Assembly (NCBI GenBank): GCA_002269645.1
Contig: NIVC01000179.1
Location: 1-64,000, forward strand
Direction: 5' to 3'
Length of the DNA: 64,000 nt
Source: Macrostomum lignano
Taxonomy: Eukaryota
The position numbers were made by a program, and so were the translations under genes. The notes beneath the pieces were generated by a model, which did no database searches, had not been told where the DNA came from, and worked only from the letters and a program-made list of their open reading frames with translations. Positions 11,945-22,901 of this stretch are shown piece by piece; within the stretch, counting starts at the first letter, position 1; each line of letters opens with the position of its first letter.

Positions 11945-12625
11945 GTCTCTTCAACTCTCATCTCTCTCTTCTTCTCTACCTTGCCTCCCCTCTTCTCTCT
12001 CTCCCCCTTTTCCCTCTTCTCTCTCCTCTCATTTTTACTCTCCTCTCTTCTCCCCCTTTCTCTCTACCCTTTCTCCTCAATGCCCTCTTCTCTCCTCTTA
12101 TCTTCAGCAAAAATATGTGCATATTTTCTTACTTCAAAGTAGAGGGAATAGAAGATTAGAGATAAGCAAACAGAGGAGAGGCGAGCGATGCGATGGGAGA
12201 AAAGATAGAAGAGGAGAGAAAAGCTGAGGGAGGAAAAAGAGATGAGAGAGAAGAGGAGATGAGAGAAAAGAGGAAAGAAAAGATGATGGATAAGATCAGA
12301 AGAGAGGAAAGAGGAAAGAGGAGAGAGTAGATGAGAGAAGAGAGGATAAAGAGGAGATGAGAGGAGAGTGAAGAGAGGAGAGATGAGAGAGTAGAAAAGA
12401 GAGGAGAGATAAGATGAGAGAGTAGAGTGGAGAGAGACGAGAGGGAAGATAAGATGAGAGAGTAGAGTGGAATGGAGAGAGACAAGAGGAGAGATAAGAA
12501 TGTAGAGAGGAGACAGAAGAGATAGGAGAGGAGAGGAAAGAGAGGAGAGAGGAGAGGAAAGAGAGAAGGGATAAGGGATGAGAGAGAAAAGAAAAAGAGG
12601 ATGAGAAGATTGAGGAATGGAGAGA
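11945..12625. repeat. Low-complexity CT-rich then GA-rich tract
   Basis: Polypyrimidine 11945-12100 followed by polypurine 12140-12625; source of the Ser/Leu-rich spurious ORFs. Confidence 0.85.
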
Positions 12626-14904
12626 ATTTGCAAAGGCCTCAAATCTTAGTTTAACATGCATTACTCCCATCTTTGCCTTTTTCCTAACTGTTAACAAGTT
12701 TTTGTTTGAGCATGACTTCAAATTTAGAATCTATGCAAAAATAGTTCCGGGAATTAGAATTCAGTGGTTTAAAAATCTGTGGGTTTTCACAGCTTGTATC
12801 TCTACTGGATTCGTATTCTGCATCTGATGAGCCATCTGAATCAGGGCTCTCATCTTCCATGCCAAATCGTCTAGCAAATCGTTCTTGAGCTATAGGTCAC
12901 ACTGTATTCACTTCACTTACTTCTGGACATTTATGAATCATGACTTTTGTAGTATGCTCACTACACTGTACTGACAATTTACCAATTGCTTCATGCCGCC
13001 ACTAGATGACATACTGATTAGCTGTTATAAAAACGCGGAATCTGCACGCAGCACTAATTAGCTGGCGAGGCATTTAGCTTTAAAAATATGGTCATAGTTA
13101 CTCCTGCCGTTTACCTAAAGTTTTAGCTTGGCTCTTTCATAGGTAAGTCGCATTTTTTATCGAAAACTAAGTCGCACGGCCAGCGTAATTTCAGAAGTTG
13201 CGCATGTATGAGCTAAATAATAGAATTTCATTGAATTGAAGCCTTTTTATAATTGAATAAAAGCAGCTTATAAGTTACTTCTCATAATATTAGACCTACA
13301 TTTACATTTCAAATGCCTGTATTATTAATTAACTGACAACGACAAGTCAAGTGACAGGCTTTAAACTATAGAACAAAATTACTTAAGCAATCACATAATA
13401 ATGCACAAGGAATTTAAGAAAAGCTCCTTTCATTTATCTTGTACACGGAGCCTTCACTTATTTAGTCTAGGCCTAGTGCATAGGCCAGCACAGCAATGCA
13501 CAGTAGCCTAGCACAACAAATATGCCTTAGAAGCTTTTGTTGAACGTTGAACACAGGAACCCTCATTCCTGTAAATTTAGTTTTTAAATTACACATGCAA
13601 GCGAATTAATATTAACAAACGTCGATTTTTCTAATGCAAATTGTTATTAATAACACCCGTGAAAGCTTTCAATTAATAGTTGATACACTCCCATTTGATT
13701 GTATGGGAGCGCGCTTTGGGCCCGTCTAGCCGGGAGAAGCGAGAGCTCGAGAGCGCGCTTTCCTGCCGGTTAGCCCGATGATTTTGTAAGCTTTTGGCCC
13801 GGCTAGCCGGTTGTCGTCGGGTGCTATTTGTCGAATGCTGCTTACTGCATGCAACGAGCGTTAAATAGCTGAAAAACGCAGTTACTCCATTGGCTGTCAG
13901 CAGGGAGCATGCTCCACGATTAACTAGCTACACTTTGCTGGGAGCACGGGAGCATGCTCCAACCCCTAGCGGACTACCCAAGTTAGAGCGTGCTCCAAGC
14001 TAGCTAGCTATCTGAGCCTAGGTGGAGCCGACGCAGAGAGAAATTTTATCATTTCGTTGCTATATGTGCAAACACGGTGGCATCTCCTAGAAACTTTGCT
14101 AGCCTATGGGTGTAGTGTCTGTCTATCTGTTACTCGCACTCCTCAGTCCCACCAGGCACATGTCTTTGTCTAGCCGTTAGTCATCACTGTACGGCCAATG
14201 CACGCCCAAGTCCTATGCACAAGTCTGTCTGTCTGCACCCCGCACCCCCAACAAGGGGGGGGGGGTTTCACTAGGCCGAAACATAAAAAACATACAAACA
14301 CTCTATAACTTAAAAGTCCATCCGACTGAGACAGAAAATGCAATGAAAATAATAAGCAATCAGAGTTCACCCCCAAATGAAGTCAGAAATGTCGAAAATA
14401 TTCCATACAAAAAACTAAGCGACCATATCGTGCTGGCCCACTTTGGTAGCAGAGTAACACTTAGGTCAAAATAAAGAAACTGTTGCAGAGAAATCGTCAC
14501 TGCTTGCGGTTACATTTTGGAGGCTTAAGTTCACATCCCCTTTCGACCATAGTAAGGACGCAGCTAAAATAATTTTTAGGCTATGTGAAGTTTCGGCAAA
14601 GTGAAGTTTCAGCCTAGTGAAGTTTCGGCCAAGTGAAAGAGAGTGCTTTTCGGCGAAGTGAAATTTCGGCCTAATGAAAGCGCCCCCCAACAAGCATAGG
14701 CCTGCCGGTTGCATTCCCCCAAGCTGGGAAGCAGAGAAATAAATAAAGAACCCCGGGGCTTGGCGCCTCAGCAAGAAGCTACGAACCAAGATCGAGCTGG
14801 CCTGCGAGGCTCACACACACTCGTGCATAAGCTCGTAATCTTATTCTCATTCATTTGAAGCTAGACTCCACAATGGGCCTTCATGACTGACGAGAAAACA
14901 ACAG

Positions 14905-15190
14905 CCTCTATGACTGGGGAGAGGACAGTCTATGACTGGGTAGAGGACAGTCTATGACTGGGTAGAGGACAGTCTATGACTGGGGAGAGGACAGTCTATG
15001 ACTGGGTAGAGGACAGTCTATGACTGGGTAGAGGACAGTCTATGACTGGGTAGAGGACAGTCTATGACTGGGTAGAGGACAGTCTATGACTGGGTAGAGG
15101 ACAGTCTATGACTGGGTAGAGGACAGTCTATGACTGGGTAGAGGACAGTCTATGACTGGGGAGAGAACAGTCTATGACTGGGGAGAGGAC
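14905..15190. repeat. Minisatellite, 22-bp unit TAGAGGACAGTCTATGACTGGG, about 12 copies
   Basis: Directly visible; the unit contains the hairpin CAGTC-TAT-GACTG. Confidence 0.95.
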
Positions 15191-16639
15191 ATACGGGTAC
15201 TAGCCTTCAGGGAGCTTTGGTCAGGCCCAATTTTTTCTATGCAAGCCAGTGTAAGCAGGTGCAGATTAAGCTTACCCTTAATTAGCAGTTTGAGCTGATT
15301 TCTTCTTGATTATTGGTTCTGTTGACGCAAATTAGAAGCAATGCGACTGTATGCGATATCCGTATAAACAGTACGCAATTCATTTAACACTAAAATCCAT
15401 TAAACGTTAAACTGCGAGAATAGTTTTTAAAGTAAAAACGTTCTTCCAATAGCATAGTGTGCTAGGGAGGCAGTCATCGAAAAGCAAAACCAGGTCAGTG
15501 CACGAGCTATGTACGCTAGTACATGTACAAGGGGGGAGGCGGGGCAGGAGGTTTGAAATAGCAGATCTGTAAGAGCTAGAGCTGGGAAGGCGGCGGTGTA
15601 CACCGCGACTTATCAATCTCATCTATTTCAGCTACTGCAGCTTATCAGCTAACATTAACACAACAGCAGCTGCATATGCAGCGTTGCAATTTGTGCTGTT
15701 GTCATGCACAATATTGTGCCCTTATGCAAATTTTAGTCTGGACAAATCTATTTAATGGCATCCAGCGTAATCTTCTAAATATACTAAATCTCTAAGGTTT
15801 GTTTGTATGCTTGCTTGAATGTGGCAATAAGCTTTGCGCGTGCGTAGTAAGTTGCGTGACTCGCAATAAGTTTAAAAAATTCAGCTTGCTTGGAGGGTGG
15901 AACTTTTGACTGTTGCTGAGTCTAAATATACTAAATCTCTAAGGTTTGTATGTTTGAATGAATGAATGTCCATAACGCTCTAGAGCTCGCAATTCTTGAC
16001 CATAAAATCCTAAACTGCATGTGCATGTAAAGAGGATCACAAGGCTAAATCTTACTGTTAATAACACTCAGGCTTTCTTCAATAAGGAGCTTCCTCGTCT
16101 GCGCGACAGTTCAACAGTGCAACTCCAAGAGAGTCAACGTACAGCGTTCAAGTATCGACGTTGTACACCAGGACGGTCTCGACTACCGCCTGGGAGCAAC
16201 GCCGCGACCTCTGTCAGTCAGGTTGGGCCTCAGACTGAGGGACTTCCCTCACAGAAGGAACGCGAACGAAGGGCAGCTCAAGCAGATCTTTGCGTATTGA
16301 ATCAGAATTAATTGGGCCCATTAGCTACTGCCCCCATCTGCAACTGCGCAACCCGGTGTTGTATTCATAAAATAAGACAAACAGATCAGAGCAGTTTAGA
16401 GGGTTGATAAATTTCAGGCCAGCTTTTTAACCTCCCATGCACCCACTCTTTCATCAATCGTCTATCAGACTGGTTGGTAAACCACAATAAAGTTCAACCA
16501 ACTCCACAATTTGCCAGCCCGGCGCGCCAAGGGTGTCATAAAACTCCTAAACTTTATTGTGAATGTACATTCGATTCTACACTGTACATTGGCCAAGGAG
16601 AGGCCTACATGGTTGAACTGAGCAATTTTTAGAAACGGA

Positions 16640-16799
16640 GCGCCCATTGAAAGCATTAAAAAATCGCTTTTCGAATATTTGACCCAACTTCCAATTCGAT
16701 TTTTTCACCAAGAAAAGTTATGCATGATAGCCGAAAAATTACAATTTTTTTAAAGCTAATTAAAAAAAAATCGGCCAGACGGTTCTCGAGAAAATCAAC

Positions 16800-16831
<32 letters not shown>

Positions 16832-16860
16832 GGCAGACAGACAGACAGACAGACAGACTG

Positions 16861-16937
<77 letters not shown>

Positions 16938-17000
16938 GACAGACAGACAGACAGACAGTCACCATCACCAGACCGCACAAAATTTGTGCTCAAAAAAGAG
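16640..17000 (+). mobile_element. Probable Helentron/DINE-like non-autonomous element carrying a (GACA)n microsatellite (16800-16958)
   Basis: AAAATCGGCCAGACGGTTCTCGAGAAAATC motif directly before (GACA)n, followed by the hairpin GCACAAA-A-TTTGTGC (16975-16989) and an A run. This layout is known from DINE-1/Lep1-type elements. The 5' boundary is uncertain. Confidence 0.5.
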
Positions 17001-17919
17001 AAACTCCATGTAAAAGTAAAGTAAAACCAAGTAAAACCTGCCTCGTAAAAATTTCCAAGAACCGCAGTTTCCCATCCTACTTGAGTACTCCTTGCTTCGA
17101 AGACAAACAAAAATGTCGACAAGTATTGTATAGAATATTCTCATTTTGGGCTTGAAGCAATAGTATTACAAGAGACTGTTGCGTTTGAAAACAACGCTAC
17201 GCTGCAGGCAGAACCGTTAAAAGTACGCCAGTGAATGATTTGATTGCTGCAGCGGAGCCTTAAGTGACGCGTGGGATAGAGTGTGGGGTGGAGCATACGG
17301 GGTGGGGTGACTATCTCATTTGAATCAAGTTTGGGGGTTCTTTCATTTTTTGCGCATTTGCGCAGAATTTGAAAAATTACGTAGCAACACTGCACGACGC
17401 CTGGACGTTTGATCGCAGAGACAGCCATGCAAAGAGCGGCTTCGAAGCCCAGTAAGAACTGTTGGTGCCTAATGATTCATGATAATAATTTATGGACTCT
17501 TTTTTAGGTACAATTAAAAGCTAAGAGTATATTGGCATTCTCGGGGATCGTTATGCATCATTAGGGCCTGTATAAAAATTGTGAAGAGTTGCTCAAAATG
17601 GCGACACGATCCTTGAATGTCCCGTCTATAACCAAGCAATGTCTGCGCCAAAATGTTTGCAGCTGTGCACCAGTCGCAAAAATAATGTGCTACCCATTTC
17701 CATGATCTCTTGCTTAAATGTACACGATCTATCACAAATTGTTAACTAATATTTTCTTGGAATGAAATCGAAACCACCCCAATTTCAGGTCGAACTTCGA
17801 AGGTCTCCTTGCTGTACCGGGGCAGCACTCATGCATATACTTCAAAGTAGGAGGTGCTCACCAGAATCTAGGTTTTCGAGCTCCACGACCATTGGGAATC
17901 AGAGAGTTGCTGATCCAAT

Positions 17920-18215
17920 ATAATGATAATAATTGATTACACCTGCCCAATGGCCAACAGCCAACCGACCGCACAGCCGCAGCTATTGCGCGGCGCATCT
18001 GAAGGCTGCGTACGGCTGTTCAGTCCAAGGACTGGGGGGTCGCCACACACCCTCAATTACGCCAGCTAATGCTGGCACCCATTTTACAGCTGGATGAACT
18101 GAAGCACTGCAGAGTTAAGGTTTTGCTCAATGACACAAATTGTTCTGAGTGGGTTGAGAATTGAACCCCCGACCTTCAAGTCGTGAGTCTGACGCTCCAA
18201 CTACTAGGCACCAGT
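17920..18215 (-). mobile_element. tRNA-derived SINE (copy 1; same family as 40680-40940)
   Basis: On the minus strand: A-box-like TGCCTAGTAG, B-box-like GGTTCAATTC, central TGTGTCATTGAGCAAAAC...CAGCTGTAAAATGGGTGCCAGC domain; clear match to the copy at 40680. Confidence 0.85.
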
Positions 18216-18730
18216 AACGGGTGTCCAGTACCAGAGGCGCCATCCAAAAGGACGCCTACTTAAGGGACGCCATCATTTTTGCCAACCTTTAGAGGATGGG
18301 CCCTGGACGCGCCTGGACTAGGGGATTTCTGATGCATTTGTCGCGTCCGCCGTCCAACAACACCATACTGACACAGTAAAGACAACACGACTACGCTCTT
18401 ATATATTTTTATTGTTCCAAAAATGCCAGGCTAGAAGGGCCACGCGGAGCCCTCAAGACCAATTTAACTGTCAAATTCAAATGGCTGTTGAATATGTATT
18501 TCAAGCGCAGTGTAATAGCACAGTGTACTATTTATTCCCCTAATTCCTGTGCAAACAACAGAACTGATCGCTTGATAGACCAAATGATAGCCACAGAGAG
18601 CTCTGCATGGTCTAAATATATTATACCGTAGATAGAAATACTATGTACACACTTGGAGAGTTTGCGGGTCAGCTATCAATCCAAGCCAAGTTCACCTGTG
18701 CCAATTAATCAAAATGGTCTCAAAGTCTAA

Positions 18731-21569
18731 CTACACGATCGCAACTCCATCGCTCTGCCGGCTCTTCTTGTTTTTCTTCTTCTTTTTGGCTGGCGGAGCC
18801 TCGCCGTCGACGTCGGCAGCGTCGACATCGACGGTGGCATCGCCGTTGCCCTCAGCTGTCAGCTCAGATGAGACGCTCTTCGATCGCTTCTTTGCTTTCT
18901 TATTTTTCTTCTGCTTTTGCAGCTGGTCATCAGCGGCGTCGTCAGCGTCCGCATCGCCGTTGTCGACATCGACGCCGGGCTGGGCTAGCTGGGCCAGCTG
19001 GCTGTCCCGTTCGCGCTTCTTCTTTTTCTCCTTGCGTTTCAGCTTGCGCAACAGGCGGGTGCTGGCGGCCGCGGCTTCAACAACAGCGGCGGCCATCACC
19101 TCGGCATTCTTTGGCGGATTCTCGCCGCTGGCCAGGAAGGTCAGGCGGTTTTCCACCTGCCGGCGGAGGTGCTCGCCGAATACGCCCGTTGGCACCTCGC
19201 TGAATGCGTCGATGCGGGTAGCGATGGACGCCTGACGGTGGGCAATGGCGGGCGGGGGCGGTGATAGCTGTCCAATGTACCCCCCTGGTTTACGAAAGTG
19301 CAAAGCCCACTGGATGCTGGGACTGGCATTTGGGATGATGGAGCTGTGATTGGGGATGATGGAGCTGTGATTGGGGATGATGGAGCTGTGATTGGGGATG
19401 CTGGAGCTGTGATTGGGGATGATGGAGTTGTGATTGGGGATGATGGAGCTGTGATTGAGGATGATGGAGTTGTGATTGGGGATGCTGGAGCTGTGATTCG
19501 GGATGATAGAGCTGTGATTGGGGATGCTGGAGCTGTGATTGGGGGTGATGGAGCTGTGATTGAGGATGATGGAGTTGTGATTGAGGATGATGGAGTTGTG
19601 ATTGGGGATGCTGGAGTTGTGATTGGGGATGCTGGAGCAGTGATTGGGGATGATAGAGCTGTAATTTGGGATGCTGGAGCTGTAATTGGGGATGATGGAG
19701 CTGTCTTTAAAGGGCGGGCGGCGTTGCGGCTATTGCGGTGGCAACTACACAGAGAACCGATGGCTAAACGACGAATGCATGCGCAGAAACCCGTATACTG
19801 TACTGACTGTAGCAGAGCAAACACACTAAAGCAGATTAATCAAATCCGAACCTTGCTAGCCAGATAGCGAGACACCCGACCCTTGTGCTCGCGAGCCGCT
19901 TTGCCAATAAAGGTGGAATGAAAGATCAGGCCGTACTTTGGCGTATTGCCGCGAGTTTTAAGTGCCCGGAACAGGGCCTTCTCGGCGCCAAGGATTTGCA
20001 CAGTAGAGGCGGGAAATTTGGCCAGATTGACCAGAGAGCCGGCGTGGGCAATCAGCCTGGCAGCGACCTGATCGCCAATCAGAGTTGACAGATTAGGCGC
20101 CACCTGGGTCATCTTGTCAATCAGATAGGTGTGCAGCTCGCGCCTGCGCCCGATCATAGCCGAAATCCGGCTGGCAAAGTGCCGAATCTGGGCCAGATCT
20201 ATCTCGGAGATGTCCATGCCCATTGAGGAACGCATAGCGTCGTGAATAGCCTCGGCCTTGGCTGTGTCCTGCACAATGGCCTCGAGTTCGTCAGGCTTGG
20301 GCTCGGCTAAGTACTGCTTGCGATCGCCTACGTACGAGGCCACGGCCACGTAGGTTGGATTGTCCGTCACCAGGCGGACCAGTTCTGGAAAATGGTAGCC
20401 GTACCTGCACAGAGGGTGAGTGAGTGAGTATTACTGCTCATTTGATTGACAGCTTGCAGTGGCTTTTAAATAACCCATTGTGATGGGCTAGGTACACGGG
20501 ATAGGAATAGGATAAATTCATTGGGATTTGGCAGCGGCTGATCAAAGGGAATCTATTAGGATAACAGTGGCAGATCAAAGGGGATCTATTAGGATTTGGC
20601 AGTGGCTGATCAAAGGGGATCTATTAGGATAACAGTGGCAGATCAAAGGGGATCTATTAGGATTTGGCAGTGGCTGATCAAAGGGGATCTACTAGGATTT
20701 GGCAGTGGCTGATCAAAGGGGATCTACTTGTATTGGGATAGGGCAGTGGCTGATCAAAGGGGATCTACTTGTATTGGGATGGGGTAGCGGCTGATCAAAG
20801 GGGATCTATTGGGATTTGGCAGTGGCTGATCAAAGGGAATCTACTTGTATTGGGATTTGGCAGTGGCTGATCAAAGGGGATTTATTGGGATTTGGCAGTG
20901 GCTGATCAAAGGGGATCTATTGGGATTTGGCAGTGGCTGATCAAAGGGAATCTACTTGTATTGGGATGGGGCAGTCTGAATAGAAACGAACCATTCTCGA
21001 ACGCGCATAGCAAAGGTATTGATGTCCTTATCCAGCTGGTCCAGCAGGTTAATGGCCTGTATAATCATGTTATCGGCTCGGTTCACATTGAACTTGAGCT
21101 TGGCTCGGCTGTAGCCGTGGGCCAGGCCAATCTGGGCTTTGTTCTCAGCCACTAGCGACAGGCCGCGCACCAGCTTAGGGAAGTGCTGACGGCAGCAGCG
21201 GGTCAGCTCGGGAAATGAGCCGGCGGCGCTGCAGCGGACGCCCAGCTCCTCCTTGATGGAGTCGGCCAGCTTAGAGTGGCCAACCCCAAGCAGCGGCTTG
21301 CCAGTTTTGGGCAGATTGTTCTGCAGAAATGCGCGCAATTCCTCGTGCAACACGCCCTCGGAGATGGCGTTGCCGTTCTCTAGCGCGGACAGGGAGCTCT
21401 TGAACGGCGAGTAGGCGACCAGCTTGACTAGCGAATTGAATTTGCCAACATCCGAGCCGGCGGCCTCGGCCTGGGCTGAGATTAAGCCCAGCTCTTCTGT
21501 CTCTTTCACCTGGAGCAGCGCGTAACCGCTGGCGTGCTCGAATAGCAGGTAGACCGGCTCTGCCGACAT
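18731..21569 (-). CDS. NOP56: Nucleolar protein 56 (box C/D snoRNP core), 3 exons, 543 aa
   Basis: Exons 21569-20992, 20404-19852, 19231-18731; GT-AG introns with consistent phases. Motifs [87 protein letters not shown] and a Lys-rich tail. YGYHFPEL and [21 protein letters not shown] favour NOP56 over NOP58. Confidence 0.95.
19320..19705. repeat. 21-bp minisatellite (GTGATTGGGGATGATGGAGCT) in NOP56 intron 2
   Basis: Lies between the donor at 19851 and the acceptor at 19232. Confidence 0.93.
20520..20975. repeat. About 35-40-bp minisatellite (GGCAGTGGCTGATCAAAGGGGATCTATTAGGATTT) in NOP56 intron 1
   Basis: Fills most of intron 20405-20991. Confidence 0.93.
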
Positions 21570-22901
21570 TGCTGCTCTGCGGGGGTTGTTGCATAATTGC
21601 TGACTGATAGCTATTGACCTATTGTGCATGCCTGGGAATACTAATAATTAAAAATAGAGGACTTGATGTACTTTAGACGAATGAAATAACAGGCTGTACT
21701 TTTGACTGTCGGGGGGGGGGATAACAGGGCAAACTCTAAACTGTCTCAGATAACAGGGTGAACTCTAAACTGTCTCAGATAACAGGGTGAACTCTAAGCC
21801 CTAAATTTCGGTACTAGCTGATAATAAGCATATAATAAAAATGGCAAACAATATTTGAGCCAACGTCTGAAAAAATCAAAAGCTCACAAACGCCACTAGC
21901 CGACACCCGTTCAGTCCAGATGCGCTCAAGCCATCTGCTGGTCAGTAGTCAGTAGCGAAACTTTCAAACCTTTTTTATATTTCACTTGCTCTTAATTTCA
22001 ACAACAGTAATATATGTATAATATACGGATCGAACACATGAAACAGTAGGGTGAACATAAAAATTGGTTTAGTGCAAGGTACCGATTACAGTGGCAGTCA
22101 ACCAGGCACCGCCACAGCATCTAGCAGGAGAGCGGGGAATAGCATTTAAAGAATCGAAAAAAACACACAAGCTTTTATTGTCAGACTCCATCCGGACTGG
22201 GAAAGCGGCATGATAACTCCATTATTAGCTTCCAGTCCAAGTGGTTCAGGAAGGAAGTTTCCATGAAGTACATCGGGACAAGGTGAGCACAAGGCAATGC
22301 CATAGTAAAACGTGTCTGCGTTCGCGTGTGGACTGTGAGCGGATCGTACTAGATCTTATTATAGAAGTGGCTTACCCGCTGCAAACGGTACCTAGGCCAA
22401 GACTCCTACGATTCTACAACTCACGCGATGAACTCGTGATTCAACAATCGACTCTCCGTCGCATTACAGTCGATTGGGTCATTAAAAGGTCACAAGAGGT
22501 CGCCCCAGAGTTGTTTTTAAAGCCGTTTGCAACGTTATCAATGGGTTAATAGTAGTAGTTTGATGAAACAATATTTTTTTGCAATTCTTAAACTTTTGCA
22601 ACGTGCTTTGAAGATCAATTTAGGCGAGAAAATAGGTCAGCTACTAGCATCGATGGGTACAAACAGAGTCAACCAAGAAACTCAGAGACAATTTCGATAG
22701 AAGCTGAGTAAAGCGTGCTACCTGCTGATTTAGCGTAGAATTTTTCCCACCAAAAAATAAACAAGCGAAAAATGTATGAATGACTTTTGCTATGTCTGCA
22801 GACACGCACACAGTTTCAACAAGCGCAAACAATTTAACACGGAAGTTAATTTGAATTAGTGCCAACAACAAACTGACAAATTGAGCCGGGCGCGCTCAAG
22901 C

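Larger units (their letters stand above)
10371..13210. mobile_element. Non-autonomous cut-and-paste DNA transposon with 8-bp TSD (P or hAT superfamily)
   Basis: TIR CATACATGCGCAACT (10371-10385) / AGTTGCGCATGTATG (13196-13210). Perfect 8-bp TSD AGCTAAAT (10363-10370, 13211-13218). No intact transposase seen. Confidence 0.88.

Noticed and set aside
12820-12860. Hammerhead ribozyme at CTGATGAG
   Set aside because: The stem II candidate is not followed by GAAA; other CTGATGA hits checked also lacked the core.
19232-20991. Intronic box C/D snoRNAs, often hosted by NOP56
   Set aside because: No RTGATGA...CTGA pair with a terminal stem was seen on the sense strand; the introns are mostly tandem repeat. 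A covariance-model search would be needed to exclude them fully.
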